DNA of 64,000 bases from Alphaproteobacteria bacterium. GTDB taxonomy: Bacteria > Pseudomonadota > Alphaproteobacteria > CAAHEQ01 > UBA3637. Under the pieces are notes generated by a model. It ran no database searches. It saw only the letters and a list, made by a program, of their open reading frames with translations, and was not told where the DNA came from. The DNA lies in contig JAFYRI010000012.1 in NCBI GenBank assembly GCA_017559525.1, forward strand, positions 15,164 to 79,163, given 5' to 3'. Numbering within the stretch: position 1 is the first letter of the stretch; each line of letters begins with the position of its first letter. Below are positions 1 to 6,847 of this stretch, piece by piece. The position numbers were made by a program, and so were the translations under genes.

Positions 1-425
1 CTAGCCCATAATAGACGCATATAGTCATAAATTTCGGTAATGGTTCCAACGGTAGAACGAGGATTTTTACTGGTTGTTTTTTGTTCAATCGAAATGGCTG
101 GAGATAATCCCTCAATAGAATCAACATCTGGTTTTTTCATTAAATCCAAAAATTGACGAGCATAAGCTGATAAACTTTCTACATATCGGCGTTGCCCTTC
201 GGCATAAATTGTATCAAAGGCCAGGGATGATTTTCCCGAACCCGATAATCCTGTAATTACCACTAACTTGTCTTTTGGAATATCAACATCAATATTTTTT
301 AGATTGTGTTCTCTAGCACCACGAATTTTGATGAATTTGTTGCTGTCTTTAAATGCTTTTTCCAAATGTACATTTGTTGATACGTTAATTGTGACATTGT
401 CTTGGGTATAGGTTTTATCTGTCAT
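1..425 (-). CDS. uvrA: excinuclease ABC subunit A, N-terminal part (continues beyond window start)
   Basis: Reverse translation gives [15 protein letters not shown]...[59 protein letters not shown], the hallmark UvrA N-terminus with Walker A motif. The ATG is at 423-425 on the minus strand. Confidence 0.85.
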   Translation of the reverse strand, partial: MTDKTYTQDNVTINVSTNVHLEKAFKDSNKFIKIRGAREHNLKNIDVDIPKDKLVVITGLSGSGKSSLAFDTIYAEGQRRYVESLSAYARQFLDLMKKPDVDSIEGLSPAISIEQKTTSKNPRSTVGTITEIYDYMRLLWA

Positions 426-520
426 ATAAAAATCCTTTGTCAGTTATTTTTGTTATTATATATTTTTTTGTTTAAAAGTACAAGAGAAAAAGAATATATT
501 TTTCGATGTCCGAAAAATCA

Positions 521-549
521 TTGACAAAAATAATGCAATATGATATAAT
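521..549 (+). promoter_or_regulatory. sigma70-type promoter (TTGACA-17 nt-TATAAT) upstream of the GNAT array
   Basis: Perfect consensus -35 TTGACA at 521-526 and -10 TATAAT at 544-549 with a 17-nt spacer. It lies inside the first track ORF, which argues for a downstream start at 581. Confidence 0.5.
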
Positions 550-580
550 TTTTCCACTATCTTATGCGAAAGGGAATTTG

Positions 581-1192
581 ATGATTGAAAATTTTGAAAT
601 GCCTTCTGAAATTAAAGGTAAGCGTATTTGTTTAAAGCGTGTAGAGGAAAATGATACAAATGCAATTAAAAAAGTTTGTGATGCAATTTTTAGCGAGGGA
701 ACACTAAAGCGAATTGAAAAAGTAATGGGATATTTTTCTGATGGACCTGATGATATTCCGTCTTTAGTTCGTTCTTTGAATCGTACATTTGAAAAAAATG
801 GTTTTAATTATTTTATTTTTAAAGATGATAAAGTTATTGGTCAAATTAATGGTTTCCCGTGTCAAGGTTATCAACGTTCAGTTGTGACGATTTGGGGATG
901 GATTTCTGATGCAGAAATGCGTAAAGGATATATGAAAGAGGCAATTAAGTTATTGGAAAATGAACATTTTTCAAGAAGTTTAATGTCTTTAGAAATTTCT
1001 GCTTATAATAATTTAGCGGTTCATGCTTTATGTCATTCTTTAAATTTTTATGGCGCGGGTGAAAGAACGCCTTATCAATATTTTTATCGCCATCGCTCTG
1101 ATTGGATGTCAGAACAAATGCCACAACGTATTATTCATCATGATGACATTAGTCAAGCTCATTCTCAGAAACAAAAGGGAGAACGTTCATAG
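581..1192 (+). CDS. GNAT family N-acetyltransferase (RimJ/RimL-like), paralog 1 of 5
   Basis: Shares motifs with the four downstream paralogs (R[IV]xLKR, W[IL]xxxxxGKGYM). Start chosen at MIENF, downstream of the promoter at 521-549. Confidence 0.6.
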   Translation: MIENFEMPSEIKGKRICLKRVEENDTNAIKKVCDAIFSEGTLKRIEKVMGYFSDGPDDIPSLVRSLNRTFEKNGFNYFIFKDDKVIGQINGFPCQGYQRSVVTIWGWISDAEMRKGYMKEAIKLLENEHFSRSLMSLEISAYNNLAVHALCHSLNFYGAGERTPYQYFYRHRSDWMSEQMPQRIIHHDDISQAHSQKQKGERS

Positions 1193-1789
1193 ATGTCTGT
1201 GATGTTCCGATATAATACAAATTGTTGGCCTGACAAACTTGTTGGGCCTCGTGTTGTATTAAAAAGATTGGAGCCAACACAAGAATATGCTGATTTATTT
1301 CACCAAATAATCAGCAATAATACAAAACATTTAACTGATAGTTTTGCTTATTTAGTGCATCAAATTAATTCATCGCAGGCTGCTTTGTCCTTTTTAACAG
1401 CCGCTTATCAAGATTTTCTTTATGAAGCGCGAGATGATTATGGTATTTTTGTCGGAAATGATTTTGTTGGTGCGGTTTTGGTTTGGGGAAAAAGACGCAC
1501 AGATCGTGAAATTATGTATTGGTTAAAAGAAGAAGCTTGTGGTTATGGTTATATGCATGATGCTTTGGATTTAATTGAACAAGAACATGCTAAATGTGCG
1601 CCTCATCATATTTTATTTGCTAATGTTAATGCTAAAGCAAGGGCTTCTGCAGCTTTATTAACAGCACGTGGTTATAATTTGGATGGACTTTTCTTTTTTA
1701 AACGACCAATGTCTAATGAATTGTCTCGAACGGTTATTCAGTCTGCGATGCATTCAATGCCGAAAGATGAGGGGCGAATATATGGATAA
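1193..1789 (+). CDS. GNAT family N-acetyltransferase, paralog 2
   Basis: PRVVLKRLEPTQEYA and YWLKEEACGYGYM motifs. The ATG follows the stop of paralog 1 immediately. Confidence 0.6.
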   Translation: MSVMFRYNTNCWPDKLVGPRVVLKRLEPTQEYADLFHQIISNNTKHLTDSFAYLVHQINSSQAALSFLTAAYQDFLYEARDDYGIFVGNDFVGAVLVWGKRRTDREIMYWLKEEACGYGYMHDALDLIEQEHAKCAPHHILFANVNAKARASAALLTARGYNLDGLFFFKRPMSNELSRTVIQSAMHSMPKDEGRIYG

Positions 1790-2354
1790 AATATTAAGGT
1801 CAAATCGTATTCGCTTAGAAATTTTGTCACCATTGCCGGAATATGCCGAACAATTGTCTGAAATTATTTGTCGTAACCGAGATCATTTAGACATGTGGCG
1901 AGGTGATGTTTTAAAATATGAAACATCCGAGTTATCGTTTTATAAATTGTTAATGGATAATTACTATTATGAACGTAAAGAAGGATATTTTTATCATATT
2001 TTTAAAGGTAAAAAAATTATTGGCCATATCAGTTTGTTGTCTTCTGGTAAATTTTGGGAAACATCTTATTGGTTAGATAAAGAATATACAGGACAAGGGT
2101 ATATGCGAGAGGCTTTAAAAACCTTGGAAAATGCTTGGTTTCAAAAAAGTACAGCGCCTATTACTGTTCTTATAAATCCCGAAAATACACCTTCTTTGAA
2201 AGTTATTCATAAAATGGGATATACTTTGTTTGGGCAGAACAGATATTTGAAAAATTTTGCTATGTTTATGAGGGAACAAAATGTACATCAACCATCATTA
2301 ATTATGTCAGCAAATCAACAAATTTTTACACAAAATCAACATGAGAAGGATTAA
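1782..2354 (+). CDS. GNAT family N-acetyltransferase, paralog 3
   Basis: Start at MDKILRSNRIRLEIL overlaps the stop of paralog 2 by 8 nt (translational coupling). YWLDKEYTGQGYM motif. Confidence 0.6.
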   Translation: MDKILRSNRIRLEILSPLPEYAEQLSEIICRNRDHLDMWRGDVLKYETSELSFYKLLMDNYYYERKEGYFYHIFKGKKIIGHISLLSSGKFWETSYWLDKEYTGQGYMREALKTLENAWFQKSTAPITVLINPENTPSLKVIHKMGYTLFGQNRYLKNFAMFMREQNVHQPSLIMSANQQIFTQNQHEKD

Positions 2355-2356
2355 AG

Positions 2357-2923
2357 ATGATACCATATCCAACCGTAATAGAAGGAACTCGTATTGTGTT
2401 GAAAATGTTATCTCCAACACCGACAAACGCACAAATGGTTTGTGATTTGGTGAAAAAAAATACAATGTATTTATATCCTTTTTTGAAAGAAGTGGTAACT
2501 GATGGTAAAGATGTATTAAATGCCTTACATCACTTGCGTCGGGCTGATAATTTATGTCGAGAAGATGATACGGCATTGTATTATATTTTTCATCAAGGAA
2601 AAATGGTTGGCGCAATTGAGGCTTTGATGTATCCTCATGAACGGGAGTTGCGTTTTTGGTTGGATCATGATGCAAAAGGTAAAGGATTGATGCGTGAAGC
2701 TGTTTTATTGATGGAAAAGATGTTATTTGAACGTAATCAAGATAGAATTATTTTAGGAATTTTAGATAGCAATACGCCATCACTTAAACTTGCAAAGCGA
2801 TTAGGATATACTGAAGATTGGGAAGGTTATTTCGAAATAACATATGATAAATTTCATATGTTAAGAAAAAATAATTCAAGAAAAAGTTTAACTAATTTAT
2901 ATGATCGAACAAATGGTAGATAA
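2357..2923 (+). CDS. GNAT family N-acetyltransferase, paralog 4
   Basis: TRIVLKMLSPTPTNA and FWLDHDAKGKGLM motifs. Confidence 0.6.
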   Translation: MIPYPTVIEGTRIVLKMLSPTPTNAQMVCDLVKKNTMYLYPFLKEVVTDGKDVLNALHHLRRADNLCREDDTALYYIFHQGKMVGAIEALMYPHERELRFWLDHDAKGKGLMREAVLLMEKMLFERNQDRIILGILDSNTPSLKLAKRLGYTEDWEGYFEITYDKFHMLRKNNSRKSLTNLYDRTNGR

Positions 2924-2935
2924 AGGAAGTATATA

Positions 2936-3517
2936 ATGTATCCTAGTAGAATTATAGGACGAAATATTGAGTTGAAAATTTTACCGGCAACTGAGGAAAA
3001 TGCTGAAAAGGTTTATTATGTTATTCAAAATAATAAAGAATATTTGTCTCAATTTTTTCAACGATTGGTTTCAGCTTTTGATAATAAAAAACAGGCATTA
3101 GATATTTTAAAATTTGATGAAGAACAAAGATGGCTTAATAATTCTGTAAATTATTATATTTTTTCAAAGAATCAGTTGATTGGTGAGATTGCTGCCGATT
3201 GGTCTAGGCAAAATAGTAGAGCTTCTATTATTTATTGGCTGGATAAATCTCATGTTGGAAAAGGATATATGTCTCAAGCTTTGAAAATGATGGAAAAGAA
3301 CCTGTTTTTAAATGGGTATTCTGAAACGCGTTTGTATATTGATGCTGCCAATTGGCGTTCTGTAAATGTTGCAAAATACAATTACTATCAATTAAGTGAT
3401 GATGGTAATTATTATTTTAAAACACGTCAAATGTATAATAATCCTCGTCAACCAATATGCCATAAACAAGATTATATTGGACGTTTTTGTCGTTTGTTTC
3501 GGACGCGAAATAGATAA
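2936..3517 (+). CDS. GNAT family N-acetyltransferase, paralog 5
   Basis: RNIELKILPATEENA and YWLDKSHVGKGYM motifs. Confidence 0.6.
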   Translation: MYPSRIIGRNIELKILPATEENAEKVYYVIQNNKEYLSQFFQRLVSAFDNKKQALDILKFDEEQRWLNNSVNYYIFSKNQLIGEIAADWSRQNSRASIIYWLDKSHVGKGYMSQALKMMEKNLFLNGYSETRLYIDAANWRSVNVAKYNYYQLSDDGNYYFKTRQMYNNPRQPICHKQDYIGRFCRLFRTRNR

Positions 3518-3538
3518 CAGAAAATCGTTATAAAAAAA

Positions 3539-3566
3539 ACCGCCGTAAAATCGGGCGGTATTTTTA
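3539..3566. terminator. bidirectional rho-independent terminator between the GNAT array and rpsU
   Basis: A-run, then hairpin CCGCCG...CGGGCGG, then T-run. Sits between convergent genes. Confidence 0.45.
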
Positions 3567-3584
3567 TATAACTTAGAAAAAACC

Positions 3585-3800
3585 TTAGTATCCTTCGCTA
3601 TGGTAGCGTTTTCTAGCCATTTTACGAGAACGACGAATGCATTCAGTTGCTTTTCTGGCTTTTTTTTCAGATGGTTTTTCATAATATCTGCGCAATTTCA
3701 TTTCACGGAAGCTGCCTTCTCTTTGCATTTTCTTTTTTAAAACACGCAAAGCTTGTTCGATATTATTATCATGAACAACGATAGTAACTATGGTACTCAC
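3585..3800 (-). CDS. rpsU: 30S ribosomal protein S21
   Basis: 71-aa basic protein ...[30 protein letters not shown], typical of S21. Confidence 0.85.
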   Translation of the reverse strand: MSTIVTIVVHDNNIEQALRVLKKKMQREGSFREMKLRRYYEKPSEKKARKATECIRRSRKMARKRYHSEGY

Positions 3801-3890
3801 ACTCCTTTCGGACTATCTAATGGTTTATTTGTGCGTGCATTCTATCATATATTTTATATGAATGCAAGCATTTTTTTGAACTAGTTAAAA

Positions 3891-4205
3891 TTATCTGCGT
3901 CTTGGACCATATAAGGAAACGGGTTTTTCCAAAATACTCATTAATTTTTGAATATTTTCTTGTCCCGTCACACGAATGGAGGTGCTTTGAGAAGTAACAC
4001 CTGAGCAAATCGTATTTGGAATGCTGTTTTTATCTAATTCTGTGCGAATAAAATCAATTTGCTCTTCGTTTAAATGATCCACATTCATACGGCTTAAACT
4101 TTGTCCCTTTGAATCGAAATCAGCAATCCAATTGGTTTGTTTTTTCCATTCACAAAGTTTGGAATCGGACATACTTATTTTTGAAATAATAGAATTATTT
4201 TTCAT
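3891..4205 (-). CDS. hypothetical protein
   Basis: ORF with a GGAG RBS before MKNNSIISK. No recognisable family. Confidence 0.35.
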   Translation of the reverse strand: MKNNSIISKISMSDSKLCEWKKQTNWIADFDSKGQSLSRMNVDHLNEEQIDFIRTELDKNSIPNTICSGVTSQSTSIRVTGQENIQKLMSILEKPVSLYGPRRR

Positions 4206-4257
4206 GCTCTCCACTCTTATAAAAGGGGGCTCAAAGTAGGCGAGCCCCAATAATTAA

Positions 4258-5619
4258 TTAACGAAAGAAATCTTTTAAGTAATCAGCTAATTTCGCAACT
4301 TCAATGCGTTCTTGTTCCATTGTGTCACGATTACGCAATGTAACAGTTGCTGGAGATTGTTCGATTGAATCAAAGTCAACTGTAATACATAAAGGTGTTC
4401 CGATTTCGTCATGACGGCGATAGGCTTTACCGACATTTCCGGAATCTTCTAACATAACACGACCGATGCCTGTTTTCAGCAAGCTATCCTTAATGTCATG
4501 GGCCATTTTCATGATTTCAGGATTGTTGCGTTTTAACGGAATGACGGCCACTTTTACAGGTGCCAAATGTTTTTTGAGTTTTAACACAATGCGTTCTGTT
4601 CCATTTGGCAATTGTTCTTGGGTAAAGGCGTCCATCATTAATACAACGAAAGCACGGTCTAATCCCATAGCGGTTTCTACAACGTATGGAATATATGTTT
4701 TGTTGCCGTCAAAGACATCTAAATAACTTAATTCTGTTGTGGAATCTGTGTTTTTCATGACATTAGCTTGGATATCAAATTTGCTTTGATTTTTGGTATG
4801 AGAACCCAAGTCGAAATCTTGACGGTCATGAATGCCTTCAACTTCATCAAATCCCCATGGGAATTCATATTCAATATCTGTAGCACATTTGGCGTAATGA
4901 GCCAATTGTTCATGATCTTTGAAGCGTAATTTATTTTCTGGAATACCTTGGTCAATCCACCACTGACGGCGAATTTCTTTCCATTTGTTCCACCATTCAA
5001 TGTCTGTTCCAGGCTTAACAAAATATTGCATTTCGGCTTGTTCAAATTCACGTTGACGGAATAAGAAGTTGCGTGGTGTAATTTCGTTACGGAAAGATTT
5101 ACCATGTTGGCAAATACCGAATGGTAATTTTCTGGCGGTTGAGACAAGTACGTTTTTAAAGTTTAAGTATGATCCTTGAGCTGTTTCCGGACGTAAATAA
5201 GCAAATGAAGAACCATCATCAACAGGTCCGATATTTGTTTTCATCATCAACATAAATGGACGAGGTTCTGTCAAATCTGTGCTACCACATTCTGGACATT
5301 TTCCATCTTGGATATGGTCGGCACGGATACGAGCTTTACATTTTTTACAATCGCACAACGGATCAGAGAATGTTGATTCGTGTCCACTGTATTTCCAAAC
5401 TAAATGATGAGAAAGATGGGAGCATTCCAATCCTTCAATATCATCACGTTCATATACCATTGCACGCCACCAAGCATCACGAATATTCTTTTTTAGTTCG
5501 ATGCCAAGTGGACCAAAATCATAAGTTCCTTTTAAACCACCATAGATTTCTGAATCTTGAAAAACAAAACCACGGCGTTTGCATAAGCTAACTAATTGTT
5601 CCATACTGGTTGCTGACAT
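4258..5619 (-). CDS. glyQS: glycine--tRNA ligase, homodimeric alpha2 type
   Basis: 453 aa. FQDSEIYGG, zinc-knuckle-like CxxC cluster, RPETAQG and LRFKDHEQLAHYA are class II GlyRS (alpha2) signatures. Confidence 0.9.
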   Translation of the reverse strand: MSATSMEQLVSLCKRRGFVFQDSEIYGGLKGTYDFGPLGIELKKNIRDAWWRAMVYERDDIEGLECSHLSHHLVWKYSGHESTFSDPLCDCKKCKARIRADHIQDGKCPECGSTDLTEPRPFMLMMKTNIGPVDDGSSFAYLRPETAQGSYLNFKNVLVSTARKLPFGICQHGKSFRNEITPRNFLFRQREFEQAEMQYFVKPGTDIEWWNKWKEIRRQWWIDQGIPENKLRFKDHEQLAHYAKCATDIEYEFPWGFDEVEGIHDRQDFDLGSHTKNQSKFDIQANVMKNTDSTTELSYLDVFDGNKTYIPYVVETAMGLDRAFVVLMMDAFTQEQLPNGTERIVLKLKKHLAPVKVAVIPLKRNNPEIMKMAHDIKDSLLKTGIGRVMLEDSGNVGKAYRRHDEIGTPLCITVDFDSIEQSPATVTLRNRDTMEQERIEVAKLADYLKDFFR

Positions 5620-5731
5620 AATAAATCTCCTATTGTTAATAATGCCTCATTATAATCATCTGTAAAAGAAAGTCAACGATTTTTGTATGTAAAAATGTTG
5701 ATTTTTCACATTTTGAAATTAAGTAGAAAAT

Positions 5732-6226
5732 ATGCAAGTTATTGTGAATGATTTAATGCAACAAAATTATATATATGAACGAACTGAAGCAGAAGGTCAA
5801 AATTTTTCCGAATCGTTTCGTCCGGAATTAACACCAATACAAATGTTGGAAATGGGTGTGTTTGAGGGGCACTATATGACAGATTGTCAAAGTGAATTTC
5901 CAGTGTGTTGGTTTAAAAAAGCTAAAATGAGTTTGGTTCCAAATATAGAGTGTAATTATTTTGGTGTCAAATCTCGTCAACCATTGTCTGTGTGGCGTCA
6001 AAAAGGATGGATAATTGGTCCGGATGTGCGAGGTTGGTTTCAATGGTATTGTCGGTACTATTCGGGGCGTAGATTACCCGAAATTGATGATATTCAGATT
6101 CGTAGATGGCGTTCATTTCGTCGTCATAAAGCGCAAATAGAGCAAAATTGTTTGCCAATGGATACAAAATGTCGTCTAAAACAACGTCAAGCCCTCTTGC
6201 AATGGGCGTATAATCCTATGTTTTGA
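5732..6226 (+). CDS. hypothetical protein (Trp/Arg-rich C-terminal half)
   Basis: 164-aa ORF. No confident family assignment. Weak RBS. Confidence 0.35.
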   Translation: MQVIVNDLMQQNYIYERTEAEGQNFSESFRPELTPIQMLEMGVFEGHYMTDCQSEFPVCWFKKAKMSLVPNIECNYFGVKSRQPLSVWRQKGWIIGPDVRGWFQWYCRYYSGRRLPEIDDIQIRRWRSFRRHKAQIEQNCLPMDTKCRLKQRQALLQWAYNPMF

Positions 6227-6288
6227 TAAAATAATATCTTGATTTTTAATGAAATGTATTTTTTTTGTAAAAAAAGTAAAAAAAGTAC

Positions 6289-6318
6289 TTGCAATTTATT
6301 TTTTTTTCGGTTATAACT
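6289..6318 (+). promoter_or_regulatory. putative promoter of tRNA-Thr (TTGCAA-17 nt-TATAAC)
   Basis: The CTTGCAATTTATTTTT block is the same as the one upstream of tRNA-Pro. The -10 lies 13 nt before the mature tRNA 5' end. Confidence 0.35.
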
Positions 6319-6330
6319 TCATTCATCGAT

Positions 6331-6388
<58 letters not shown>

Positions 6389-6406
<18 letters not shown>

Positions 6407-6838
6407 TTAAAAAAAGTCACCGTTAAGGTGGCTTTTTTTAATGGTATTTGTTGCGGGTCGGACTGACGAAGACAGTCAGTTCGGATGGAGGGATAGGCGG
6501 ATGTCAATACGCCGAAACAATCCCGACATAATGTTGAGGCTTAGCCGAAACAGCCCCTTGTGGGTGAGCTTTAGCGAATAATCCGACAACCGGCACCATT
6601 AAAAAAAGTCACCGTTAAGGTGGCTTTTTTTAATTGTATTTGTTGCGGGTCGGACTGACGAAAAATGTCAGTTCGAATGGAGGGATAGGCGGATGTCAAT
6701 ACGCCGAAACAATCCCGACATAATGTTGAGGCTTAGCCGAAACAGCCCCTTGTGGGTGAGCGAAAGCGAATAATCCGACAACCGGCACCATTAAAAAAAG
6801 TCACCGTTAAGGTGGCTTTTTTTAATTGTATATTTTTT
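6389..6838 (+). repeat. 192-bp unit repeated 2.3 times in tandem; each copy starts with the 18-nt tRNA-Thr 3' end plus the tRNA terminator
   Basis: ATCCGACAACCGGCACCA plus the terminator hairpin recur at 6389, 6581 and 6773, an exact period of 192 bp. Copies are more than 95% identical and the third is truncated. Confidence 0.8.
6411..6440 (+). terminator. rho-independent terminator after tRNA-Thr
   Basis: AAAAAAAGTCACCGTTAAGGTGGCTTTTTTT: an 8-bp stem, a TTAA loop and a T-run. Confidence 0.6.
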
Positions 6839-6847
6839 TAAAATAAT

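Noticed and set aside
506-580. First 25 codons of track ORF 506..1192
   Set aside because: A consensus sigma70 promoter (521-549) lies inside this stretch. Translation more likely begins at the internal ATG at 581.
1668-1781. 5' extension of GNAT paralog 3 overlapping paralog 2 by 120 nt
   Set aside because: The conserved N-terminal motif shared by all paralogs starts at MDKILRSNRIRLEIL (1782). The extension has no counterpart in the other copies.
4466-5591. Several 60-130-aa ORFs on either strand inside the glyQS region (4466..4726, 4755..5147, 5256..5591)
   Set aside because: They are nested within or antisense to the well-supported 453-aa GlyRS gene. None has an RBS.
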